A stretch of 64,000 nucleotides of DNA from Candidatus Coprovivens sp. (GCA_051892935.1 JBJFGS010000025.1:85346-149345), one strand, 5' to 3'; shown: positions 53,001-63,409, counted from the stretch's first letter. Numbers and translations: made by a program. Notes: generated by a model not told the origin, from the sequence alone.

Positions 53001-56000
53001 AATAACCATTAATAGACAAAGCCTTTAAAACTAATTCCCTATATCTTTCCATAGTATTAGGAAATAGAAATATTAAATCAGAATTATAATCAAGAACAGT
53101 AAAACATAAATCAAAATCTTTCTTTAAAAAATCAGGTAAATAATTATAAACACAACCATTTTTATATTCAACCAGCTTTAAAGCAGTCTCTTTATCATTT
53201 ATCAAATTAGGTATAAAAGTAAATACAATAGGATATTCTAACAAATGATCTTTTGCATACCTAACAATAATATCTAAAGAATGATTCGCATATGCAAAAG
53301 TACTTTCATCAAGTTTCATAGCATAATCAAGAATATCAATATCATCTTTAAAAGTATCACTTAAGTAAAAATAAACGCTTGAAGCGGAATCCTTTTTCAT
53401 TAGTTTAAATATAATTTCTTTATTATTTAAAATAGAAGGAACATACTTATATAAAGAAGGATAATCATCTATAATATTTGTAACACTATTAATAATATCT
53501 TGATCATTACAATCAACATATTTAATATAAAACAAAGGATCATCTAAAAAATACTTCTTAGCCATATCATATTTTTTTTGAATAAATATTTCCAAATCAG
53601 TAAAATTATTAGCAAACCACTCTACTACATATTTTTTATCAGAACAAGAATTAAGTATATCATCTATAATCGTTAAAGATTCTTTTTCTTTAGGTAATTC
53701 ATTCAACCTCAATAAAACAGTAAAGTTTTCTTTACTTGAATAGTCAAAATTATAATACAACGAAGCATCAATTCCAAAAGAATTAAGAAATTCCTTAAAA
53801 GGTCCATCAATATACCAATTATTTCTAAAAAAAATTGTAAAATCATAAATAAAATCATATTTATTCTCACTATAAATTTCAGAAAGTATATCCTTAAGTA
53901 ATAAATATAAAGAATCATCAACTTCATTAATTAAATCTTTTCCTATCTGTAATAAAGATTGTATTCCTAGATTTTTAAGTATTTCCCTATCAACCTCAAC
54001 GCCATTTTTTAAAGCAACTGAAACAGTATGTGAAGAAGATTTAAAAGAAAAATTATACCCACTCTTAAAAGCTAATAAAACATAATCATCATCTACATAG
54101 CCATGATAATAATCTAAAACACTAGGATAAAAAGAAACAATTTCCTTTACCACTTCAGAATTTAAATATCGAGCATCAATATAACTAAGTATTAAAGGAT
54201 TTTCCTTTATAAGTTCAACAACTGAATTAGAACTCATATCATAATAAAATAACTTACTACATAATTCAGGTTGTTCTCTAGCAATAATCTTTAATAAATT
54301 AATATCTCTTCTCTGTTCAACATTTAACAATTTTATAATATCAGGATTTTTTCTAACAAACGAAGCCAAAGAATGATAATTATTTACAATATCAGAAAAA
54401 AAGATAATATATCTAGAGTCAGAATCAATTCTACTTCGTAAATACATTAACTCATCATCTGAAAAACTGATTTTCTTAATAAAAGAATTAAAATATTTAT
54501 TAGTAAGAATCTGTTCTTCAGGAAAATAGCCACCTAATAAAGCTTTTTTCAAAACATCTTCTTCAATTCTGTCATAATAATATGATATAAAATCATAAAA
54601 TCCCATTATAACCATTTTTCTTATAAGAAAAATTTTAGTATCAGTATTTATAGAATAAGAATTAATAATTTCACGTATCTTATCAACACTTAAATATTTT
54701 AACAATTTAGTAAGTAAAACTTTATTATTTATAGTACTAGAAGACAAATCAACATAATTAAAAAGAACATATTCATTTTCATCAATTTCATCAAGAAGTA
54801 CTTTATCACTAACACCAATAATCTTTTGCATTTTTACAATACTATTCTTATTAAAACCAGTTCTATACATTTTTAAAATAATACTAGAACTATCATAAAT
54901 ATAAAGACTAGAATTACTCTCAGATAATTTTACAAATAGATTAACAAGTTCTTGTTCATATTCAATTTTAATAAATCTACTAATAACTAAAGCATTCATA
55001 ACAGGATGCTTTTTAAACATTTCAAAATTATATCCTGATTCAAATAAAAAATCGATATCTTCATCAGAAAAATTATTAATTACATCAAGTATTTCAAATC
55101 TATTATTTAAAATGTATTTTCTCATCAATAATGAATTAAAAATCGCCGAAGAACATAAATCCTTTGAATCAGGTAAATAACCATTCAATAAACTATAATA
55201 TAAATCAACTGCTTCCTTACAATCATTCCCATAAAAATGCAAATACTTAATTCCTCTATCATCACCTTTTTTTAAAAGAAATACAACTGAATCAAGAGAT
55301 AAATCTGTAAAATCATTAATATATGGAAGAATATCATCAAAAGAAATACCGCTTAAAATAGCTTTTTCAATAACAGAACGAGTAGGATTATTCTTTAATA
55401 AATCCATCAAATAACTAGAATCATACTCAATAAATTTTTCTTTTAATATTGGAATATTCTGAACAACTAATGGCAAAGAAATATATTTTTCATATGAAAT
55501 ATCTTTTAAACCTATTTTTTCTAAATCAAAATCACTTAAATACAAATTTTCAGTAGCTAATACATCGTAATGGCCTTCATTAACAAACTTATATATAATA
55601 TCTTTAGACAAATCACATTTACCATATTTAGAAATAGCTTCTTCATACATACTATATGTAATATAATCCAAATAACTATTAACTAAATTTTTATCGTTTG
55701 AATAAAGTAAAGGCAAATACATTCCCTTTTGTACAAACGCCTCAATGAAAACATTTTTATTAGTATTACGAGAAAGATTAATAGCAAAATCATCCACTGT
55801 AAGACCATTATCAATAAGTTCTAAAGCAACAGGTAAAGAAATAGAAAAGCTACTATAAGAACGATATTTATCCCAATCACGAGAAACAACACAATATAAA
55901 AAATTAATTTCCTCAGAATTCCTATAATCATCTTTTAACTGATATATACCACTTTTAACAAGTTCTAAAACATAATTAAAACAATTAATATCAGTCAATA

Positions 56001-57036
56001 CCGAAGTCAAACCACCTATTAATGAATAATCATTATTTACTACAAAATATCTAGCAAGAGGAAAAGAATCTAAAATATTAGTAAAAGAGTTAATTCTTTC
56101 TAAAGAAATATTATTATTTTGAATAAAGTTTATAACATCCTCATTAACAGCTTCTTTAGAAGCATACATTAAAGCATCAATTTTACCATCCTGTAAAAGA
56201 TTTAATAATAAAGGAGAACTTTTTTTATAAGACCCATCATATAAAGAATAATCATAAAAAGAAAAGTCAGAATAATTAACTAAATCAGCAGAAGGATTAG
56301 AAGCTAAAACTAAAGCTTTACTACCTCCTATATCAATAAATCTTTTTACAATATTTTCATCATTCAAAATTGAAATATCATGATCATTCATATACATAGT
56401 AATTATATATTCAAAAAAAGCCTTAAAATCAAAATCACATTTAGATAATTCAATTAATAAATTAGAAAAATCAGCTTTAAAATTATTAGAATATCTAAAA
56501 TATTTTCCCAAATATTTATAATTGTTATTGGAAATCATTAAAGCTGCAAGCTTAGGACTAATACTATAAGAATGTTCAACTAACAAATCGACTTTATCAG
56601 GATAAAGAATATATATATCATATTGAAAACTACCTAAAATCTCAAATTTTTTCAAAATATCATCTATAGAAACACCATTATTCAAATAATAATTTAAGTC
56701 ATTTAAATCAAAAATAGCTCCATGAACATCAGTATATTCCTTATCACGATAAAAGTAATCTAATAAAGAATAATAAAACTCATCCGAAATGAAAAGTTTA
56801 GAATAAAATAAGTTATCAAGCCCATTATCAAAATCTAATTCACTAATAAATTCTTCATCACCAATATATTTATCAACAAATAAGAAATAATCATTATGAA
56901 TTTTATCTCTAAGAGTATTCAATATATAATCAATATCTCTTTCTAAATAATCAGTATCAATATTATATTTTTTAAATATTTCAAGCAAGGAATCTTCCTC
57001 TAACAATTTCAAAAATTTAATAACATCTTCGTGCAT
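50041..57036 (-). CDS. Giant (2331 aa) helical-repeat protein with DUF4116-like repeats, a putative ART-like domain and a C-terminal PI3/4-kinase/HipA-like domain
   Basis: Repeats such as DKETALKLVEYKNGCVYNYLPDFLKKD; FLVHR..STLSTSSIS..YNEV; LGESG..FLLKP..EAAS..DFLLCNFDCYVGNF..IDKEQSF. Confidence 0.7.
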   Translation of the reverse strand: MHEDVIKFLKLLEEDSLLEIFKKYNIDTDYLERDIDYILNTLRDKIHNDYFLFVDKYIGDEEFISELDFDNGLDNLFYSKLFISDEFYYSLLDYFYRDKEYTDVHGAIFDLNDLNYYLNNGVSIDDILKKFEILGSFQYDIYILYPDKVDLLVEHSYSISPKLAALMISNNNYKYLGKYFRYSNNFKADFSNLLIELSKCDFDFKAFFEYIITMYMNDHDISILNDENIVKRFIDIGGSKALVLASNPSADLVNYSDFSFYDYSLYDGSYKKSSPLLLNLLQDGKIDALMYASKEAVNEDVINFIQNNNISLERINSFTNILDSFPLARYFVVNNDYSLIGGLTSVLTDINCFNYVLELVKSGIYQLKDDYRNSEEINFLYCVVSRDWDKYRSYSSFSISLPVALELIDNGLTVDDFAINLSRNTNKNVFIEAFVQKGMYLPLLYSNDKNLVNSYLDYITYSMYEEAISKYGKCDLSKDIIYKFVNEGHYDVLATENLYLSDFDLEKIGLKDISYEKYISLPLVVQNIPILKEKFIEYDSSYLMDLLKNNPTRSVIEKAILSGISFDDILPYINDFTDLSLDSVVFLLKKGDDRGIKYLHFYGNDCKEAVDLYYSLLNGYLPDSKDLCSSAIFNSLLMRKYILNNRFEILDVINNFSDEDIDFLFESGYNFEMFKKHPVMNALVISRFIKIEYEQELVNLFVKLSESNSSLYIYDSSSIILKMYRTGFNKNSIVKMQKIIGVSDKVLLDEIDENEYVLFNYVDLSSSTINNKVLLTKLLKYLSVDKIREIINSYSINTDTKIFLIRKMVIMGFYDFISYYYDRIEEDVLKKALLGGYFPEEQILTNKYFNSFIKKISFSDDELMYLRSRIDSDSRYIIFFSDIVNNYHSLASFVRKNPDIIKLLNVEQRRDINLLKIIAREQPELCSKLFYYDMSSNSVVELIKENPLILSYIDARYLNSEVVKEIVSFYPSVLDYYHGYVDDDYVLLAFKSGYNFSFKSSSHTVSVALKNGVEVDREILKNLGIQSLLQIGKDLINEVDDSLYLLLKDILSEIYSENKYDFIYDFTIFFRNNWYIDGPFKEFLNSFGIDASLYYNFDYSSKENFTVLLRLNELPKEKESLTIIDDILNSCSDKKYVVEWFANNFTDLEIFIQKKYDMAKKYFLDDPLFYIKYVDCNDQDIINSVTNIIDDYPSLYKYVPSILNNKEIIFKLMKKDSASSVYFYLSDTFKDDIDILDYAMKLDESTFAYANHSLDIIVRYAKDHLLEYPIVFTFIPNLINDKETALKLVEYKNGCVYNYLPDFLKKDFDLCFTVLDYNSDLIFLFPNTMERYRELVLKALSINGYYLTRISSLIEIDEEMVVAALKTAPSILFQLPLEFLNERTFAYIDDFSTIDRHLLSVSKVLKIIHFSNFDINNKNNCFFVADFLLSNLKDFRLIDKNDNVIRSVFANAINSYDSDLTNENGFTFRKIVTVLPFIDLEIFDSDLQIVFKNALFILKSNGKLNTLEKNPVFNYDVVKYIYPLFGLEFVLDVIKYNTPAVSVISKEIKANNANLLSSYYDIVCRYNLFDNDDKRVHYAFRNFDKYKELIIDICNSNYELSEIDISNLRKVIIGNNLYDIKTYDELKQYEKKTQDFWMIKLNSNNIAEIKNVLATLFGYADIASLAKDFNNFQLNNYLNLKTLREDIIECYGLERANQIFKECFYNKKDVAIITLMSRIIESQNINELKDLMTKLINDNAGVLDYCDEVRNIIAKIRLLHNYQFNGRLTNIEDLKSKRIDKGDPNNPYGVTIIEMNSEKFNFLVHRIYSYDTNMSGFKEMLINDPSLWTKLEGASTLSTSSISDKGFWFINNRDNNGVVYLFNSLPKSFMLFMNGRDLFVEHGGYKIEPTANINAFTNLNALNQCSCYKHCSYNEVAGFREGMLPCALACVGDVPNEATIRAAKYFSDFLGVDVPIIKFDVYAYDTKKVEDLKKAKADFKISPNYSLMYSIFFDGIQENNPNVSIKEKVDYCLTILNDKYRNSEISFDYLCKSLYEMESIVCQIIVDLPDCKKELTRIGLFRKTLTVLRGMSKEEIVALETANLGESGIMYRYDIDDDSFLLKPAVDKNNYALQPFRADIQEAASKLQEFLSPGTSVRVESIGGKLRFSKQELVEISEDNSDVLKDWVNKGGELDYCYSSALLREYVIDFLLCNFDCYVGNFIIDSSNNLRGIDKEQSFRFISDDRTLNADYSFTPNGNHRIPIYQILFTRYRNGEIDLDLSVITDTINKVKLLSDDDYKDLFRKYAVSLGKDKADQVLELILKRRNDAIIKMEEYVLELENLKKSGGVTL

Positions 57037-57124
57037 AATTAAACACCTATTTTCTTATATAATTATAGCACAAGTAAAATGATAAAAAAAACAATATATG
57101 TTATAATTAAAACGAGGTGACAAC

Positions 57125-57478
57125 ATGAAACTTTTAAAAGAATCAACAATCGAAATAAAAAAATCCAAATTCATTGGATTATGTTACGAAATAACATCAG
57201 TTGAAGAAGCAAAAGAAATAATAGAAAATTTAAAAAGAGAACATAAAAAAGCACGTCATATCCCATACGCCTATAAAATCAATAATACTGCTAAAAAGAC
57301 AGATGATAAAGAACCAACAAATACTGCAGGTTTACCAATATATAATATTTTAGAAAGAAAGAATCTTAATAATCATTTAATAGCTGTAATAAGATATTTC
57401 GGTGGAATAAAACTAGGTGCCGGAGGATTATTAAGAGCATATAGTGAAGCTGCAAACGAAGCAACTAAAAATTTATAA
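57125..57478 (+). CDS. YigZ/IMPACT-family protein (N-terminal domain only)
   Basis: IKKSKFIG, ARH.PYAY, DDKEP..TAG, RYFGGIKLGAGGL.RAY. Confidence 0.9.
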   Translation: MKLLKESTIEIKKSKFIGLCYEITSVEEAKEIIENLKREHKKARHIPYAYKINNTAKKTDDKEPTNTAGLPIYNILERKNLNNHLIAVIRYFGGIKLGAGGLLRAYSEAANEATKNL

Positions 57479-57525
57479 AATAAAACAAAAGAAAAATACT
57501 ATATCAATAATCGATATAGTATTTT

Positions 57526-58050
57526 TCATACCATTACGTCCCTTATGTCCTTTCTCGGTCTAGCCTTTGGGAACTGATCTGGTAGACCCACACCTACGCA
57601 TGAAACAGTTTCATAAGGGACATTAAGAACCTCTTTAATTTCATTATTGATAAGGTTAGTATTACCTATCCAGATAGTACCAAATCCCATATCCGTATAC
57701 GCAAGAATCATATTTTCAATACAAGCACCAATAGAAATAATATCCATATCACGATTCTCAACCACTTCGTTATCGATAAAAACCATAATTAAATGGGGAA
57801 CGTTCCGAATAATACCCGCGGTATGAGGACCGGTATGCCCGGGAATATTTCTAGTCTTGTTTTCTAATAAATCGGCAATAGAACTTTTCTCCGATGCACT
57901 CAGTATTTTAAACTTCCAAGGTTGTCTATTGTGGGCACTTGGAGCTTTTATACCAGCAAGAATACCTTTCATCAAGGCTTCTTCATCTAATATGATACTC
58001 TTATATTTGCGTATACTCCTGCGAGATTCAATCACATCACTGAGTAACAT
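57526..58050 (-). CDS. Nitroreductase family protein
   Basis: RRSIRKY, APSAHNRQPW, NMILA...G.GTIW, RPRK. Confidence 0.92.
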   Translation of the reverse strand: MLLSDVIESRRSIRKYKSIILDEEALMKGILAGIKAPSAHNRQPWKFKILSASEKSSIADLLENKTRNIPGHTGPHTAGIIRNVPHLIMVFIDNEVVENRDMDIISIGACIENMILAYTDMGFGTIWIGNTNLINNEIKEVLNVPYETVSCVGVGLPDQFPKARPRKDIRDVMV

Positions 58051-58215
58051 ATCCTATCACCTACATTTATTATAACATAACAAAATAATATTGCAATACT
58101 TTTTTTGAAAAAATAAAATATTAATAAAAAAACTCATATAAGAGTACTAAAATTTGACATACCTACTCTATAATATTAAAATATGTAATATTAGAAAAAG
58201 GGGGTAATTTTTATT

Positions 58216-59433
58216 ATGGCAAAAACTATAAGAATCGCTGGAAAAAATTTTAACGCAAATTTCTTTTATACTTACATGAGAAAAAACTTTGGTGAATCAT
58301 TTGCACACAGTAGTCTTTCATTTGAAAAAGAATTCGAAGAAAGTAAAAAACTAGCTCAAAGGCTAAGTGAATTCATGTCTCAAAGTAATTGTGCTTATGC
58401 TACTAAATTAGAAAATGGTTCTAAAGAAGATTTAGAATTATTAAAAACAAGATACAGTGAAATAGCTACAGTATTAGAAAAAATATATTCTGTACCAAAA
58501 GAAAGATATATCCTAGACGAAGATGAAGAAGATTATTCACTATGTATCGATGATTTCATACCATATTTTAAAGGAGCTGTAAGACCTTATCGTAATAAAT
58601 ACGAAATAGAACAAGCTCGCCTAGCAGGCAAATTAACTGATGCTCCATACGAAAATGAATCTCTAATCGATAAAGTAAAAGAATTAGCAGACCTAGTAAG
58701 TTTAAAAGTTGCTGCTGATAAAAAAGCATATAATTTAAAAAAAGGAAATAACGAAGCATATGCTTACGCTTTAGGTTTAAAATCAATAGGTATTCCGGAA
58801 ATAATTGAAATAAATGCAAAAGTAAATAAAAATTCAGGAATTCATACTGGATTCAAAACAACAGACAACGACATAATAAACGCTCCATTCAAGACATGTC
58901 CTAAAGAATTAGTTCCAATAAAAATGCAAGAGCTACTTCATAATTATAATTATGTTTGGGCGCAAGGCATCCCTCCATTTACTGAAGGTGTCGATGACGA
59001 AAAACAAAAAATTGCTCATTTAAGAGCTGTTTGTGATAGAGAAGCAAAATTCCATATTGCATTCGAAAGAATACATCCATTTGAAGATGGTAATGGTCGT
59101 ACAGGAAGAATAATTCTAAACGCTCATTTAGTCGCAAACGAACTAGCTCCTGTTTTAATTACTCCAGAAATGCGTGAATTCTATATAGAATGTATAGATA
59201 CAGACAACTATCAAGCTTTAAGTCAGCATATAATGTCAATATCAAGTGTATGCTTAACAGAAATGGTTTCACAATATCGTAGAACAAAAGGTATAGATCC
59301 AGATGAATTAAGAATTTCCGATGTTCAACAAAAAGGTCATCATACAGCAGTCAAAGTATACATACCTGAAACACAACAAGAAAAAACTGCTCAAGGCGAC
59401 GAGGATGTTAAAATATATCGAATAAAAAGATAA
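58216..59433 (+). CDS. Fic-domain protein (AMPylase motif intact)
   Basis: FERIHPFEDGNGRTGR. Confidence 0.92.
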   Translation: MAKTIRIAGKNFNANFFYTYMRKNFGESFAHSSLSFEKEFEESKKLAQRLSEFMSQSNCAYATKLENGSKEDLELLKTRYSEIATVLEKIYSVPKERYILDEDEEDYSLCIDDFIPYFKGAVRPYRNKYEIEQARLAGKLTDAPYENESLIDKVKELADLVSLKVAADKKAYNLKKGNNEAYAYALGLKSIGIPEIIEINAKVNKNSGIHTGFKTTDNDIINAPFKTCPKELVPIKMQELLHNYNYVWAQGIPPFTEGVDDEKQKIAHLRAVCDREAKFHIAFERIHPFEDGNGRTGRIILNAHLVANELAPVLITPEMREFYIECIDTDNYQALSQHIMSISSVCLTEMVSQYRRTKGIDPDELRISDVQQKGHHTAVKVYIPETQQEKTAQGDEDVKIYRIKR

Positions 59434-59460
59434 AAGTGTTAGAAAATCTAACACTTTTTT
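59432..59460. terminator. Bidirectional terminator between the Fic gene and trxA
   Basis: AAAAGTGTTAGA-AAA-TCTAACACTTTT. Confidence 0.75.
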
Positions 59461-59752
59461 ATTTAACCAATTCATTTAATTGGTCTAAACTTCTATAACC
59501 AACATCTTGAACAACTTTATTACCATCTTTAAAAACAATCAATGTTGGAACACTCATAATATCAAAACTAGAAGTTAGTTCACTAAATTGATCAATATCA
59601 ACCTGTAGTACTTGATTATCTTTACTAAATTCTTCTAAAACTGGTTCAAGCATTCTACAAGGTCCACACCAAGTTGCAGAAAAATCAACTAACCAAGTCC
59701 CTTCCTCTATAATTTTATAAAAATCATCATCATTCGTTAGTTTCTTCAACAT
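59459..59752 (-). CDS. trxA: Thioredoxin
   Basis: DFSATWCGPCRM and SVPT; start refined to 59752. Confidence 0.93.
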   Translation of the reverse strand: MLKKLTNDDDFYKIIEEGTWLVDFSATWCGPCRMLEPVLEEFSKDNQVLQVDIDQFSELTSSFDIMSVPTLIVFKDGNKVVQDVGYRSLDQLNELVK

Positions 59753-60482
59753 TCGAATCCCCTCCTGTATTATCATCTATTTTAATTTTGCCTTTATCTA
59801 TTAGTATATTCAAATTTTCTTCAGAAATAACATTATACTTTAATAAAATATCAAAAGCTTCTTTATTAAATTGTTCTTTATCTTTAGTATATTCATAATC
59901 TTTAGCTAAAGAAGTAATCTCATCTAACGATTCTAAAGAAGAACCAAAAGTATTTTTTAAAATTGGAATATCAACAATATAATCAGCCAAACTAGGTTGC
60001 ATTTCATAACCCATAATGTTAGTACCAATTTTAAATATTGCAATAATAAAGTATAATATTACTATCCCTTGAATAAAACCAAGCAACGCACCTAATATCT
60101 TATTGGGAATACCAATAAAAAATATTAATGATAAGATTCTATCAACTATTTTAGTAAGTAAACATACAATTTTAAACAAAATAAATAAAACTACAAAAAC
60201 TATCACAAAAGCAATAACTTCGTAAAGAATAATATTTAAAGCAGTTACCCCTTTAAATATTCCATCAAATTTAAAAAATGGAAAATGAGTATATAAAAAA
60301 ACAGCTAAAGGATCTTTTAATAAATAAGAACCAATTATTATTAAAATCGAACCAACTAATATAATACCTTTTTCCAAAAATCCTTTTTTATATCCATTAA
60401 TAACTTCAAATACCATAAAAAGAAAAATAATTATAGCAATTATCAAAGCTATAGGATTAGTTAAATTTAATGAATCAATCAT
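59730..60482 (-). CDS. CvpA (colicin V production) family membrane protein
   Basis: GYKKGF and NKILGALLG; divergent from rnhC as in Bacillus. Confidence 0.82.
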   Translation of the reverse strand: MIDSLNLTNPIALIIAIIIFLFMVFEVINGYKKGFLEKGIILVGSILIIIGSYLLKDPLAVFLYTHFPFFKFDGIFKGVTALNIILYEVIAFVIVFVVLFILFKIVCLLTKIVDRILSLIFFIGIPNKILGALLGFIQGIVILYFIIAIFKIGTNIMGYEMQPSLADYIVDIPILKNTFGSSLESLDEITSLAKDYEYTKDKEQFNKEAFDILLKYNVISEENLNILIDKGKIKIDDNTGGDSNVEETNE

Positions 60483-60537
60483 TTTATCACTCTCCTATTT
60501 AATTATACTATGTAAAAGATGAAATTAAAATAAAAAT

Positions 60538-61530
60538 ATGATAATATTATCTCGAGGTGAAAACATGAAAAGCGGATTTAAACCATTAACAATTGTATTT
60601 AAAGTAAGTGATAATATAAAAGAAATGATGATTAAACACTACGAAGATATGAAGTGTGAAAAAACTCCTCCATATGCTATTTTTCAAGTAAAAGACTTTG
60701 ACTGTGTAACTACACTATACGAATCAGGAAAAGTAATGTTTCAAGGAATAGGAGCCGACATTGAAGCATCTTATTGGACAGAACAAGAAAGAATTCTAAA
60801 TGGAAAGATAATAGATACATCATCAAAAGAAAAAAAAGAAAAAGAAAAAGAAGAAAAAAAAGTATTTATAAATGAATCATCTGTTGGATCAGATGAAGTT
60901 GGAACAGGAGATTATTTTGGGCCATTAGTAGTAACAGCATCATTTGTATCTAAGGAAAATATTGTATGGATGCAAGAATTAGGAGTTCGTGATTCCAAAA
61001 AGCTAACAGATGATAAAATAATCAAAATAGCCCCAGAATTAATAAAAAAAATACCCCATACAACAATTATTTTAAGTAACAAAGAATATAATCAATATCA
61101 CACTACCGATTTTAACATGAACAAAGTTAAAGCAATTCTTCATAATAAATGCTTACTATCTGTAATAAAAAAAGATAATATAAAATATTCCAAAATTATA
61201 GTAGATCAATTTGAACCAGAAAAAGCCTACTACAATCACATATCAAAAGTCCCCGAAAAAGTAACAAATATTACTTTTATGACTAAAGCTGAAGATCAAT
61301 GTATGTCAGTAGCAGCATCATCTATAATAAGTAGATACATTTTCTTAAAAGAAATAAAAAAATTATCAGAAAAATATAATATAGAAATCCCATTAGGAGC
61401 ATCAAACTTAGTAGATGAAGTAGGAGCTACCCTAGTAGCAAAATATGGCAAAGACATTTTAAAAGATATTGCTAAATTAAGTTTCAAAAATACAGATAAA
61501 ATATACGAAATAGCAAAAACGAGAAAATAA
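60538..61530 (+). CDS. rnhC: Ribonuclease HIII
   Basis: TBP-like N-domain (YESGKVMFQG), GSDEVGTGDYFGP, DSKKL, DQF, VAASSIISR. Likely start 60565. Confidence 0.95.
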   Translation: MIILSRGENMKSGFKPLTIVFKVSDNIKEMMIKHYEDMKCEKTPPYAIFQVKDFDCVTTLYESGKVMFQGIGADIEASYWTEQERILNGKIIDTSSKEKKEKEKEEKKVFINESSVGSDEVGTGDYFGPLVVTASFVSKENIVWMQELGVRDSKKLTDDKIIKIAPELIKKIPHTTIILSNKEYNQYHTTDFNMNKVKAILHNKCLLSVIKKDNIKYSKIIVDQFEPEKAYYNHISKVPEKVTNITFMTKAEDQCMSVAASSIISRYIFLKEIKKLSEKYNIEIPLGASNLVDEVGATLVAKYGKDILKDIAKLSFKNTDKIYEIAKTRK

Positions 61531-61542
61531 TTCTCGTTTTTA

Positions 61543-62532
61543 TTACATACAAATTTTCATAATAAACATTTCTAAAGCTAATTTATTACTAATTCTGCCT
61601 CTTTTTATCTTATAATCTAAATCAGATAATAAAAGTAAATAATCCTCTAATTGCTTTTCCGAAAAAGAATAACAATTATTAATAAGTTTATCCATCTGAA
61701 AATCAAATCTAATACCCAAAGTATTCATCATATCCTTTTTGCTCTTAGACATCAACATTTTTTTTACTAATAGCATATTTCTTATTTCTTTAGCTAACAT
61801 ACTAAGTAACATAATTGGTTCTACTCTTTGAATCATCAAATCATCAAATATTTTAAAACTTTCCTTAATATCACGACTTATAATAGTATCAATAAATTTA
61901 AAATTATTATCTTCTATATTTTTACTAACAATATTAACTACATCATCATATTTAACTATACAACCTTTTCCATAATAGAGTTTAATTTTATCTACTTCAT
62001 TCATTGCTAAATCATAATTATTTAAAGCATTATTAACAATATAATAACCAGTATTACTATCAATTTTGTATCCATCTTCTTTTAAAGCATTTTCAATTCT
62101 AGAATATATTTCTTTTGGTTTCAAATCATCTATTTGAATAAATCTATATCTATCTTTAATTATTTTACATATTTTCTTCTTAGTATCAGCCTTACCATTT
62201 AAACAAAATATTAAAATCGTATTATTATTAGGTTCTTCTAAATATTTAAGTAGTTTTTCATCTTTCTTAGAAACAATATCTTCTTCACCATTATTATCAT
62301 CTTCTTTATTTTTTCTTTTAGAAGCAGCAAATATAGAAGCATTTTTTACTACCATATATTTCTTTTCATCAAATAATGAAAAATAAGCAGCTTCTTCCAA
62401 TACTTCATCAAGCTCAACAGAATTCAAATCAAAACTAGTATATTTATTATTTAAAACTACTTTTTTTATTTCTTCTTCCATCATACGATAACTATTGCTA
62501 CAAATAAGATATACATTATTCATAAAAACCAC
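61543..62532 (-). CDS. holA: DNA polymerase III delta subunit
   Basis: SLFDEKK, LLKYLEEP, NEVDKIKLY, DYKIKRG...LALE.F. Confidence 0.9.
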   Translation of the reverse strand: MVFMNNVYLICSNSYRMMEEEIKKVVLNNKYTSFDLNSVELDEVLEEAAYFSLFDEKKYMVVKNASIFAASKRKNKEDDNNGEEDIVSKKDEKLLKYLEEPNNNTILIFCLNGKADTKKKICKIIKDRYRFIQIDDLKPKEIYSRIENALKEDGYKIDSNTGYYIVNNALNNYDLAMNEVDKIKLYYGKGCIVKYDDVVNIVSKNIEDNNFKFIDTIISRDIKESFKIFDDLMIQRVEPIMLLSMLAKEIRNMLLVKKMLMSKSKKDMMNTLGIRFDFQMDKLINNCYSFSEKQLEDYLLLLSDLDYKIKRGRISNKLALEMFIMKICM

Positions 62533-62680
62533 CTTGATATATATTATAGCAAAAAAATACCATCAAACAAAGAAAGAAGAATATTCTTCTTCCAATTTAT
62601 CTAAACATCATATGATGGAACTACTATATTCTATGTTACAATACCAACATATGTGTCTTAAATTAAAATATTACAAAAAA

Positions 62681-63304
62681 CTAATTTTTTATTAATTTTT
62701 TATTATTTGTATATTTTAAATCTTGATAATCCCCCGTTTTTGAATATACCTTATATCCATGATTCTGACGCCATTTTTTTCTTTCTTCTTTAGGCATTAT
62801 CATTACTTCTTCTGCCACATCCATATGAAGTATACCATCTAGGTGATCAAGTTCATGTGATAAAACTGTAGAAGGAAAGCCTTCAAAACTTTCTATACGT
62901 TTAACACCATCAACATCATAATATTCTAAATCAATTTTATATGGTCTAAGCACCCTACCACAGTTATCTAAACAACTAGCACACGCTTCCCAATATTCAG
63001 TTAAACCTTCTCTATTTATAACAACAGGATTAATCAATACTTTAGCCTCATTATATTGTTCTTCTTCTGAAGAAGTTGAATTAGTTTGCATTTTATTAAT
63101 AATCTCTAAGTTAGTATTTTTTAAATATATAATTCTTTTAGGAATACCAAGTTGAACAGCAGCCATAGCCATTACACTATGTTCTTTACAAAAAGTATCT
63201 AATACATTAATGTTACTTAGTAATTCCTTATCATTTGTAATATCAACTTCACTTGAAACTTGTCTCAAAAATTCCAAATTGTCATCTATAGTAATTGATT
63301 TCAT
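62681..63304 (-). CDS. def: Peptide deformylase (divergent motifs)
   Basis: AMAAVQLG, LINP, EACAS, HELDHLDGIL. Confidence 0.88.
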   Translation of the reverse strand: MKSITIDDNLEFLRQVSSEVDITNDKELLSNINVLDTFCKEHSVMAMAAVQLGIPKRIIYLKNTNLEIINKMQTNSTSSEEEQYNEAKVLINPVVINREGLTEYWEACASCLDNCGRVLRPYKIDLEYYDVDGVKRIESFEGFPSTVLSHELDHLDGILHMDVAEEVMIMPKEERKKWRQNHGYKVYSKTGDYQDLKYTNNKKLIKN

Positions 63305-63409
63305 TTAATCACTCCCTATAAAACATTATATCACGTATAATGTTGAACATAAAGATTTCAATTTTCAAAATTTGATTTCTTTTTGTTTTTTGTTATTATA
63401 ACAAACATC

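Noticed and set aside
62570-62620. Palindromes AAGAAGAATATTCTTCTT and CATCATATGATG between def and holA as a novel element
   Set aside because: Single copies, most simply a terminator or operator; no repetition or other support.
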